NCBI GenBank assembly: GCA_964452145.1
Contig: CAYVLA010000086.1
Span: forward strand, 1-13,879
Direction: 5' to 3'
Source: Candidatus Hadarchaeota archaeon
Lineage (GTDB): Archaea > CAYQAE01 > CAYVLA01
DNA length: 13,879 bases
The notes under the pieces are model-generated. The model did not search any database. It had not been told where the DNA came from and saw only the letters and a program-made list of their open reading frames with translations. Every line of letters begins with the position of its first letter. Position 1 is the first letter of the stretch. The position numbers and the translations under genes were made by a program. Shown one piece after another: positions 1 to 6,901 of this stretch.

Positions 1-95
1 CCACGAGCATGGTCACTGGCGTTCTTGTCTGGACCCTCATGGTGAGGAGACGCCTGTACAGGGAAGGGACAACCACGAAACTGATCATGGCCTAG
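1..95 (+). CDS. 3' end of a gene entering from the left; probable membrane-anchored protein C-terminus
   Basis: Frame 3 is open from the window edge: TSMVTGVLVWTLMVRRRLYREGTTTKLIMA*, stop TAG 93-95. Hydrophobic stretch followed by RRR; converges on vapC. Confidence 0.45.
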   Translation, partial: TSMVTGVLVWTLMVRRRLYREGTTTKLIMA

Positions 96-127
96 CACCG
101 CCCAGGAGGCACGACCGGGCCGGTTGC

Positions 128-562
128 CTACTTCTGATGGGAATCCTCACCGTATTCCCGAATGCGCACCGCCGCGTCCGGGAACTTCGCCACCAGCTCA
201 TCATCGGCCGTGTAGAGCTTCGCTTCCAAGTGAAGAGCCAGGCACACGTAGGCAGCGTCGTAGGCGGAGATATCCTCCCGCACCGCGGTGGCTGCCGTCT
301 TCTCTATGATCTCTCCCTTGGGCTCCCAGACCCTCAGGCCGTACTTGTGCAGGGATCGGGCCGCGAGGACCAGTTCCTCCGCGCTGAACTGCCCGCTTCT
401 CCACAGTGCGTTGAGGACTTCGTAGAACAGCAGGCTGGGCACGGACAGCGACAGCTTGCCCGTGACGAATGAATCCCTGAGCCTCCTGGCCTGCTCCGAG
501 CAGTCCTCCTCCAGGAACCACTTGGCCACGACCGATGCGTCCGCTACCGCTTCCTCCTCCAA
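128..562 (-). CDS. vapC: VapC-family PIN-domain ribonuclease toxin
   Basis: 144 aa with PIN acidic motifs VADASV, LLFYEV, ISAYDAAY, LYTADDEL. The TTG start overlaps the upstream antitoxin stop by 19 nt. Confidence 0.93.
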   Translation of the reverse strand: MEEEAVADASVVAKWFLEEDCSEQARRLRDSFVTGKLSLSVPSLLFYEVLNALWRSGQFSAEELVLAARSLHKYGLRVWEPKGEIIEKTAATAVREDISAYDAAYVCLALHLEAKLYTADDELVAKFPDAAVRIREYGEDSHQK

Positions 563-792
563 GCCCTGATCGCCTCACCGCTGTCCCAGCCCTCGGGCGC
601 CTTCCGCCTCAGCCGCTCGTTGATGAGCACGGCTTCGATGGTGTCCCTTTCATTCCTAGCCTCCAGCTCGCTGCTGATCGCCTTCCTCACAACCGCGCTC
701 CAGTTGGCGTCCACCCTCTCCATCTCCCTCTTCATCCAGAGTGGCACCGTCACGCTGGTCCTTACCATCTTCCCCGAATCATCGCCGCTCAT
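544..792 (-). CDS. vapB: VapB-type antitoxin, ribbon-helix-helix-like N-terminus
   Basis: MSGDDSGKMVRTSVTVPLWMKREMERVDANWSAVVRKAI... The beta-strand TSVTVP plus NWSAVVRKAI helix and the DSGEAIRAWR tail are typical of archaeal VapB. It lies directly upstream of and overlaps vapC. ATG at 792 preferred over GTG at 813, which is too close to the TATA box. Confidence 0.85.
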   Translation of the reverse strand: MSGDDSGKMVRTSVTVPLWMKREMERVDANWSAVVRKAISSELEARNERDTIEAVLINERLRRKAPEGWDSGEAIRAWRRKR

Positions 793-813
793 GATTCTTC
801 CACGTATGCACAA

Positions 814-840
814 TAATACTGGTAATACTTAAATCTCGCT
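814..840 (-). promoter_or_regulatory. Archaeal-type promoter of vapBC-1 with a direct-repeat operator candidate
   Basis: Minus-strand TTTAAG (828-833) in an AT-rich island, followed by two copies of AGTATTA (+ strand taatact at 814-820 and 823-829) between the TATA box and the start codon. Confidence 0.6.
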
Positions 841-1498
841 TTCATCCGATCCCAGCTGCCTCGGCTCGCCGAAGCTATGCTCGGGCGGGCAAGGCACGCC
901 TGAGGAGGCTCATGGAGGAGGCCGACTGCCGTCGCCCGCTGAACACACGAGGAGGCCAAACACTCTTCAGGCCCCTTCGCCTGCTCATTCGAGATGGTCA
1001 AACGGGCCGTCATCCTTCACCGTCTTTGTCGTTACGTACGTCTGTCCGGCATGAAGACGTGATTACTGCCGATCCTAGTTCATTCGCCCGGGGGTGGCTC
1101 ACGCGCTGTTTCACCACACGTTCCTTGAGGCTTGGCCGCGATGGTCGACGAACGTTGCCCTGGCCTGTCACAGCTTCGTGGGCAAGCTCCGCAAGATGTC
1201 CGATGTGTCGGTCTAGACCAAGGATGAGGTGGGCCCGACGCTCATTCTCCCAAGACTCAGCTGAAAATACTTGACTTCGATGGCATGCGCATCTCTAGTA
1301 GAGTAAACGACAACCAAATCTACGTCCGGCTGCGCAAGTAGAACTCACTGTCAGAACAGGGAAGTTCCCGGAACCTAGGACCGGCAAAGGTTGTCTCTCT
1401 TCCTGGCCACCCAGAATGCTAGAATGGCAGTGAACATGGCATCGGTCTTGGGTTCGATCAGGACGGTTGGTGCTGTGGGAATCCGGATCCATTCCCTT

Positions 1499-1903
1499 CT
1501 ACCAGGTGTCAACCCGCAGTCCCGGTATTCTCTCGAAATGGCGTGGGTTGCCGGTCAGAAGGGGTAGGTCATTCTTGATGGCTGTGGCCGCGAGGTAGAC
1601 GTCCTGTATCCCGATCTCCTGCCCCGACCTTCTGAGCCGTGCCGCCATCTGGGCCCCCATTACTGAGACCTCCCGATCGAGTGGCAGCACGACGAACGCC
1701 CCGAGCAACTCCTCAACATCGGCAATGGTCCTGGTCAGGCTGCCATCATCGTACTTCAGGTGAATGCCGAAAAGGAATTCGAAGAGCGTAACGGCGCTCA
1801 GGGCGTGGGGTCCCGAACCATCCAGATCAAAGGCCCTGTCCGCAACACCCGGCCCCCCTCGGTCAAGATCGATCAGAACCGAGGTGTCAAGCAGCTTCAT
1901 CAT
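1499..1903 (-). CDS. vapC: VapC-family PIN-domain ribonuclease toxin
   Basis: 134 aa with LLDTSV, TLFEF, IGIQDVYLAATA and LLTGNPRHFERIPGL, the classic VapC C-terminal motif. Overlaps the antitoxin stop by 17 nt. Confidence 0.95.
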   Translation of the reverse strand: MMKLLDTSVLIDLDRGGPGVADRAFDLDGSGPHALSAVTLFEFLFGIHLKYDDGSLTRTIADVEELLGAFVVLPLDREVSVMGAQMAARLRRSGQEIGIQDVYLAATAIKNDLPLLTGNPRHFERIPGLRVDTW

Positions 1904-2117
1904 GCATCCTCTCTGCCGATCTTCTCTGCATTTCCGCTAAGTGTTGCCTGATTGTCTCCCAGTCGTCCTGCGTGAGGAGCCCCTTGCCCATGACGTCCGA
2001 TATGGCGGGCCTCGCCTCCATGAGTCTTCGTATGAGGTCGCTGTAGGACTCGTTCTGCCTCTTCCTCCTCTTGAGCGCCATGTACACGTCATCCGCGATG
2101 GACACGTTTCTTGCCAC
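1887..2117 (-). CDS. vapB: VapB antitoxin (archaeal DUF217-like family)
   Basis: From GTG 2117: (M)ARNVSIADDVYMALKRRKRQNESYSDLIRRLM, matching the pattern KTI.I.D.VY..L...K...ESFSD.I.RL. Upstream of and overlapping vapC. Confidence 0.9.
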   Translation of the reverse strand: MARNVSIADDVYMALKRRKRQNESYSDLIRRLMEARPAISDVMGKGLLTQDDWETIRQHLAEMQRRSAERMHDEAA

Positions 2118-2118
2118 G

Positions 2119-2156
2119 CATACATATGTGTATGGGTACAACATAATCCTTTCCTG
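2119..2156 (-). promoter_or_regulatory. Leaderless promoter of vapBC-2 with an inverted-repeat operator
   Basis: Minus strand GGAAAG-GATTATGT (BRE/TATA-like) lies ~25-30 nt before GTG 2117. Inverted repeat CATACA-tatg-TGTATG at 2119-2134 immediately precedes the start. Confidence 0.6.
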
Positions 2157-2350
2157 GCCGCTGGCCGCAAGGATGCGGCGGTGCGTGAAGACCTTGAGAG
2201 GCGCATCTGCTGCCTCCTCCCCGCGATCGGCAAGATAAGGTCAGTGTCAGTGGTCCGGTGAAATGGCAGAGTCCGTCACGTTTCTGTCCCCAACCGTGTC
2301 AGAAAGCAGCGTTCTGCTCGCAGTCGAGGCGCGCCCGCCTCTTCAGAAGC

Positions 2351-2480
2351 CAGTTGCCTTGGGAAGTCATCGAAAGCGTAGAGATACTGGGGGACGAGGA
2401 AACTCTGCAATCCGTACCCGAGGTGGAGGCGAGTCAAAGCCGGGAGGGCCAGAAGCCTGACGAGTGCGCCGGTGAGTTAA
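2351..2480 (+). pseudogene. Frameshifted remnant of a RelB/YefM-type antitoxin C-terminal region
   Basis: EVIESVEILGDEETLQSV (from 2363) continues after a frame change as VKAGRARSL (2433-2459). Together they match the antitoxin pattern 'ETLEILSD.E....I..AE.DVKAGR..S'. No cognate toxin gene follows. Confidence 0.55.
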
Positions 2481-2525
2481 AGGCACCGGAGATTCACAAG
2501 TTTGGGATGTGCTCCGTGAGCATGT

Positions 2526-2594
2526 TTCGAACCCGAATCTCCTGCAGAGCATTTTCACCGTTGTCCGTCCGGACACCTTCCTAAGCCTTGGCAC
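2526..2594 (-). pseudogene. hicA: Truncated HicA toxin (N-terminal 23 codons only)
   Basis: GTG 2594 overlaps the hicB stop: (M)PRLRKVSGRTTVKMLCRRFGFE matches HicA N-termini. The catalytic GSH motif and the VP.H...GTL segment were not found downstream in any frame. Confidence 0.7.
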
Positions 2595-2802
2595 AAACCG
2601 TCTCTCCGCGAACCTCACAGGTTGTGATGATCGACCGTCCTCCCTCTTCCAGCCGGAACTCCTGCAGGTAGAGCTCCGTTGCCTCTTTCAGGTTCGAGAT
2701 GGCCTCTTCCACAGTCTGCCCCTGGCTTACGGTTCCCACTTCTAGGCACTCAGCGACATACATATCCTCTTCTTTGTGAAGAACAGCCGCTAACACAGCC
2801 AA
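2581..2802 (-). CDS. hicB: HicB-family antitoxin (short form without DNA-binding domain)
   Basis: From TTG 2802: AVLHKEEDMYVAECLEVGTVSQGQTVEEAISNLKEATELYL, the canonical HicB/UPF0150 signature. The longer 2892 start adds non-homologous sequence. Confidence 0.92.
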   Translation of the reverse strand: MAVLAAVLHKEEDMYVAECLEVGTVSQGQTVEEAISNLKEATELYLQEFRLEEGGRSIITTCEVRGETVCAKA

Positions 2803-2945
2803 GCAACCACGAGCGCAACTGGTCCGCGCCGCGCCCATTCCCGTCATCGCAACAACGTGGCTTGGCTGACAGTCCGTTTCCTCGGCACGCAAGAGACGAA
2901 GGACTCGCTAGGCCAGACGGCCGAGACAATGGAGGTCCGAGGTGA

Positions 2946-3053
2946 TGTCCCAACGAGCTGGTGGAGTTCTACAAACTCAAGTCCAAGAAGGGACACAACG
3001 TTGTCGCCCTGGCCTTGGCCAAGACACACACAATCTGCATCGCCGCCCGATGA
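2946..3053 (+). mobile_element. Degenerate fragment resembling the C-terminal part of an IS110-family transposase
   Basis: Start-less frame CPNELVEFYKLKSKKGHNVVALALAKTHTICIAAR* resembles the IS110 C-terminal motif 'L..FY.RL..KKG...A.VA.ARKL..I'. Preceded by in-frame TGA 2943-2945. Not in the ORF track. Confidence 0.5.
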
Positions 3054-3083
3054 GGATAAGTGTTTTAAGTAAGAAAGTAAGAA
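3053..3083 (+). promoter_or_regulatory. Promoter of the AbrB-PIN operon with a tandem operator candidate
   Basis: GATAAG-tg-TTTTAAG (TATA 3063-3069), then AAGTAAGA twice in tandem (3067-3074, 3075-3082); ATG at 3099. Confidence 0.6.
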
Positions 3084-3098
3084 CGGTATCGTGATCCG

Positions 3099-3389
3099 AT
3101 GGCTAGATGTGATAGGGCCGACGTCACCGTGGTCAGCGCCAAGGGGCAGGTAGTGATCCCTCAAGACATAAGGGAGAAACTGGGCATAGGACCCAAGACG
3201 AAACTCCTCGTGTACGGATACCGGGACGCAGTAATAATGAGGAAGCTGGAGATACCGGATGTAGAAAGAGAGTTGGAACGGATCTACAAGAGGGTTGCTG
3301 CCGAAATCGCCAGATACGGCGAGTTGACCGATGAGCAGATAGAGGAAATAGTCCAGGAACACAGAAGGAAGAAGAGAAACTCCTCGTGA
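3099..3389 (+). CDS. AbrB/MazE/SpoVT-family DNA-binding antitoxin
   Basis: VTVVSAKGQVVIPQDIREKLGIGPKTKLLV is the AbrB/SpoVT swapped-hairpin signature. It ends 10 nt upstream of a PIN gene. Confidence 0.93.
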   Translation: MARCDRADVTVVSAKGQVVIPQDIREKLGIGPKTKLLVYGYRDAVIMRKLEIPDVERELERIYKRVAAEIARYGELTDEQIEEIVQEHRRKKRNSS

Positions 3390-3399
3390 AGGTTGGGTC

Positions 3400-3816
3400 A
3401 TGAGGGTCGTTTTGGACACCAATGTTCTGATCTCTGCTCTAATCAAGGACGGAAAGGCCAGGGAAGTTCTCCGAGCGATCGCGAACAAGAAGGTTCAGCT
3501 GGTCTTGTCTGGAGACATGTTGGAGGAGTTCCTTGAGGTTACCGATAACCCGAGGATAAGGAGATATGTCAGCGAGGAGGACGTGATAGGCTTTCTGAGG
3601 GTCTTGGCGAGCATTGCCGGGATAGTCACGGTTAGGTCCAGGTTCAAAGTAGTTCCGGAGGACCCCGACGACGATGTCATACTTCGCGCTGCTCACGACG
3701 GCGAGGCGCAGTATGTGGTCAGTGGGGATGATCATCTCCTCTCGTTGAAGGAGTTTAGGAAAGTGAAGATCGTGGGGGTCGGTCAGATGCTGAAGATCCT
3801 CGAGGGTTACAGATAG
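3400..3816 (+). CDS. Putative toxin, PIN family (TIGR00305/PIN_3-like VapC)
   Basis: MRVVLDTNVLISAL, MLEEF, EDPDDDVILRAAHDGEAQYVVSGDDHLLSL are the characteristic motifs of this PIN subfamily. Confidence 0.93.
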   Translation: MRVVLDTNVLISALIKDGKAREVLRAIANKKVQLVLSGDMLEEFLEVTDNPRIRRYVSEEDVIGFLRVLASIAGIVTVRSRFKVVPEDPDDDVILRAAHDGEAQYVVSGDDHLLSLKEFRKVKIVGVGQMLKILEGYR

Positions 3817-4443
3817 GACCCGATTCGGATCCAGGCCTTCGGGGCTGGTTCCTCCCTGGCATCTCTATCCTTCGTCGGTATCCACATGCTTCGCTCCCAT
3901 ACGGAGGCTCGTGGGTTCAGATCCTATCCCCGGAGCCTTTCTGCGGCAAGAGCCGAAAGTGGTGTCTTTCCATTCCGCGGGTAGGGAGGCTGACCTCGGC
4001 TTGGTGTTCATCATGGGCGGCGGTTGGGTTTGGGTCGCCTCACGTGAGGTACTTGCGCATCGAATGGGCGTAACCAACGACGGCCGGAAATCGATGGACT
4101 CTAAGAGGCGTTCCTCTCTACGCATTCGAGACTCAAGAAGACACACTGTACCGACTGGAACTTGCGCCAAGCACCGCGACCTCGTCGGCGGGCCACCACA
4201 GGAACTCCTCTTCCACAGACGAGCCGAGGAGTATCCTCTTTCTAGAGGGACGAAGGCATAGGGGACTTCCCGTGGAAATCCGAGGAAGGGAGGTGACGCC
4301 CTTGGTACGATGGTCTGAAGAACAGCCGGCAACACGCCCAAGCAAGCAAAAGCCAAACTGATTTGCCGGTTTCTATCCAGCCCTTTCTTCCTGCTTCCGT
4401 CCGGCCTTCTGTGCTGTGCTGCCTGCCGGATTGAAGTAGTCCC

Positions 4444-4489
4444 TGCAGTATCCTTTCGAAGGTATTCTTGCAGACCAGCGGAGCCCCGC
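4444..4489. repeat. Copy 1 of a ~46-bp structured direct repeat flanking the SEC-C gene
   Basis: tgcagtatcctttcgaaggtattcttgcagaccagcggagccccgc aligns to 6361-6405 with 39 identities, 6 transitions and one 1-nt gap. Confidence 0.85.
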
Positions 4490-4712
4490 ACAGAATCGAG
4501 CTGAGCGGAGGTTACTGTTGATTCCTTGCTCTGCGGCCCATCCTGGTCTTGGATGACACGTATTGCTTGGTTTGCAGTTCCCTGACGCGTGGTCGATCGA
4601 TACCTGCAGGCAGGCTGGAACCCAATCGCCAGCCACGAACAGAGTAGCAGCCAAGCGCTCTGGCCAATCGGGTGAGTTCAAGAGGAAATCGGGGATGTGC
4701 AGTCCAGACCGG

Positions 4713-4738
4713 GAGTTCGGAACTCGGAAAAGCTATAA
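4713..4738 (+). promoter_or_regulatory. Promoter of the SEC-C gene with an upstream palindrome
   Basis: GAGTTC-g-GAACTC palindrome (4713-4725) abuts the purine-rich BRE GGAAAAG (4726-4732) and CTATAA (4733-4738). Confidence 0.5.
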
Positions 4739-4789
4739 GGGGGATTGAGTACCAGTCGGCAGCATTCGGCCCAGAGAGGTTCAGGCAGG

Positions 4790-6298
4790 TTGAAGCCGGG
4801 CAGAAACGATCCGTGCCCCTGCGGTTCGGGCAAGAAGTACAAGAAATGCTGCCTCCCCAGGGTAAGTGAGGGGGCGATCGCGGCCAGGCGGCGGCGGGAC
4901 GCCGAGGGACTCGGCCACAACGACCTAGTGGCATTCCTGGGGCAGGAAAGGTTCCGCCCAGACAGGGAGAAGGCCATGGAGCTGTGGTGTGCCTCCTACG
5001 GGACGGCGGAGCCCTCGGGCACCGAGGCGGATGTGGTAAGGTTCTCAGACTGGCTAATCCATGACTACAGGTTCAAGAAGCACCGGAAGACCCTGCTGGA
5101 GATGTATCTGGAGGAGGAATCGGACAGGCTCTCGGAAGCCGAACTCAAGGTTCTGGAGGAGTGGCGCAAGGTCTCCCTCGGTATCTACGAGGTCACCGAG
5201 GTCCGAGAGGGAGACGGGATCGGATTGAGGGACATCTTCACGGGCAAGGAGGGCTTCGCCCCGGACGCTGCCCTCTCCGAGAGCGCCGCAAGGTGGGATC
5301 TCATCCTCACCAGGGCTGCCTACCTAGCAGAGGGAATCGAACTGGTCGGAGGTGCCGCCCTCCGCTTTCCCCAGAGCGCCAAGGAGGAACTCGTCAAATT
5401 CTCGGAGGAGATGTTAGCGGAATACCGGAAATGGAATCCCGGTGGCTCGAGAGAGGAGTTCATGAAGAACTGGGGCTACATGTTTAACCACTTCGCGGCG
5501 AGGTGGGAGGAACGCAGAAAGAGCCACCCCGTTCTGACCCCGGAGGGCGAGGAGGTCGTCCCTTCCAGGGCGGTCTATAGGGTCTTGGACCCCGGGACGG
5601 CTCTGAAGCTCTTGGGGAAGGCAAGGGGCATCCATCGGGTCGAAGGGGGTTATGACGCCTCCGGAGATCCCTTGGAGGCCCACTATAGGTGGCTGTCCGA
5701 GAGGGGGGAAGAGGAGCTGAGGGAGCGGATCAAGAGGGAGGGATACGTGATCTGGCCGAGTTTCGAGGGGCAGATCGGGAAGGCTCCCTTCCGATTCTTG
5801 GGGGACATTCATCTCACCCGGGGCAGGCTGACCCTTGAATGCATATCCATGGAGAGGCTGGAGAAGGGGACAGCGCTACTTGACGAGATTCTTGGCGATT
5901 CGGTCGAGCACATGGCCAACGAGTTCCAGGAAATAGACCCCACTCCGCCTGAAGCGAGGGAGTTCGAAGCAAAGCTGGTGGGGCTGATGCATGAGGAGGG
6001 CCGGAACCCAGAGGCCGAGCAGGTCATGCGTGAGTTTCTGGAGGGATACTACGAGGCCTGGGTGCATACTCCTCTTCCCTCCCTGGGAAACATGACCCCG
6101 ATGGAGGCTTGGAGTACCGCGCGCGGCAGGATCAAGGTGGAGGAACTCCTCAAGGATATCGAGAACGTGGAGGACAGGCGGAGAAAGGAGATTGGCATCC
6201 GCTATCCCGTGGAGAGAATTCGCCGCGAACTGGAAGAGAGAACCAAGGGAAGGCGTCCATCTCGACAAACATCGGGGAACAGGGAGGATACGCGCTAG
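4790..6298 (+). CDS. SEC-C metal-binding domain protein with a C-terminal MbcA/ParS/Xre-antitoxin-like (DUF2384-like) segment
   Basis: PGRNDPCPCGSGKKYKKCC is an unambiguous SEC-C motif. The central region has FSDW...TLLEMYL...GIYEV...LRDIFTG, common in SEC-C proteins. The C-terminus reads YYEAWVHTPLPSLGNMTPMEA...VEELLKDIE. The ORF opens at TTG 4745, but that codon is only ~6 nt after the TATA box, so TTG 4790 is preferred. Confidence 0.88.
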   Translation: MKPGRNDPCPCGSGKKYKKCCLPRVSEGAIAARRRRDAEGLGHNDLVAFLGQERFRPDREKAMELWCASYGTAEPSGTEADVVRFSDWLIHDYRFKKHRKTLLEMYLEEESDRLSEAELKVLEEWRKVSLGIYEVTEVREGDGIGLRDIFTGKEGFAPDAALSESAARWDLILTRAAYLAEGIELVGGAALRFPQSAKEELVKFSEEMLAEYRKWNPGGSREEFMKNWGYMFNHFAARWEERRKSHPVLTPEGEEVVPSRAVYRVLDPGTALKLLGKARGIHRVEGGYDASGDPLEAHYRWLSERGEEELRERIKREGYVIWPSFEGQIGKAPFRFLGDIHLTRGRLTLECISMERLEKGTALLDEILGDSVEHMANEFQEIDPTPPEAREFEAKLVGLMHEEGRNPEAEQVMREFLEGYYEAWVHTPLPSLGNMTPMEAWSTARGRIKVEELLKDIENVEDRRRKEIGIRYPVERIRRELEERTKGRRPSRQTSGNREDTR

Positions 6299-6360
6299 GC
6301 CCAGGTCCAAGATGCATCCGGACCCAGATGGTCCTCTTTCCCCTCCTGAACCGCTGCCGG

Positions 6361-6405
6361 TGCAGCATCCCTTCAAGGGTACTCCTGCAGACCAGCGGAC
6401 CCCGC
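6361..6405. repeat. Copy 2 of the structured direct repeat
   Basis: tgcagcatcccttcaagggtactcctgcagaccagcggaccccgc; same orientation as copy 1, starting 62 nt after the SEC-C stop. Confidence 0.85.
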
Positions 6406-6484
6406 TAGCCCAAGATGTGAGTGGGCCCGGCGGAACCTACTCCCTGTAGCGAGCGAATACATACCCAGTTGGGTCTTCGATGCG

Positions 6485-6509
6485 TTTTTCGTTTTTTCTG
6501 ATTTCTTCT
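6485..6509 (+). terminator. Oligo-T tract, possible archaeal terminator for the SEC-C transcript
   Basis: tttttcgttttttctgatttcttct is a conspicuous T-rich run in an otherwise GC-rich intergenic region. Confidence 0.4.
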
Positions 6510-6856
6510 GATCCAAGGCCATCCTGCGTTCCATCGCCTGAGGACCCAGACGATAATACGCGGCCTCTTGATAAAGCTACTTCTTCAGTAGCGGGGCAAG
6601 GGATGGACTCCCTAGCGTTCGCTCACGCAAGGGGTACGCCTCTGGGAACACTTGCTCCGAAAGCGGAGAGGAGACATGGCGAGGCAAGTTCCAGATCTGG
6701 AGGAATCAGCGTTAGCATAAGCCGAGAGACCTTAGCCCTCCAGTATCTGCTATCCAGTCAAACCCTCCTTGATCCAGCCAATGCTCCTGTCTGCATTCGT
6801 AACGATGGGTATGTGAGATCCAGAGCGTCCGAAAGAGACCCTACATGAGATGATTG

Positions 6857-6897
6857 GCATCGTACCTAGTTTTTATCAGTGACCAGAACCTATAGGT
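6857..6897 (+). promoter_or_regulatory. Leaderless promoter of the wHTH-TM gene with a palindromic operator candidate
   Basis: TTTTTAT (6870-6876) lies ~25 nt before ATG 6902. A perfect palindrome ACCTATAGGT (6888-6897) sits between the TATA box and the start. Confidence 0.55.
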
Positions 6898-6901
6898 CTC
6901 C

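Noticed and set aside
912..1492. ORFs 912-1274 (+) and 1295-1492 (-) between the two vapBC pairs
   Set aside because: No family signature or consistent coding bias. Short protein-like pieces in other frames could not be identified.
2844..3488. 214-aa minus-strand ORF
   Set aside because: Antisense shadow of the well-supported AbrB and PIN genes.
3831..3848. C(UUCG)G hairpin after the PIN gene as a terminator
   Set aside because: Short stem with a G-G mismatch and no real T tract; not enough to call.
4444..4489. Minus-strand hairpin of the direct repeat considered as an archaeal SECIS element
   Set aside because: The GAA/A bulge is not directly followed by three G-C pairs, the GAA is not conserved in copy 2 (GAG), and no UGA-containing selenoprotein gene lies on that strand.
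3865..4491. 208-aa minus-strand ORF and overlapping ORFs at 3911-4261 and 4373-4681
   Set aside because: No recognisable motifs, Arg/Ser/Pro-rich composition typical of non-coding frames, and no convincing SD or promoter. The region may hold decayed gene fragments that I cannot assign.
6480..6848. 122-aa ORF, a 14-codon SD-led mini-ORF at 6676 and palindrome TCCAGATCTGGA (6690-6701)
   Set aside because: The ORF starts in the T-rich terminator-like tract and has no motifs. The mini-ORF and single palindrome have no independent support.
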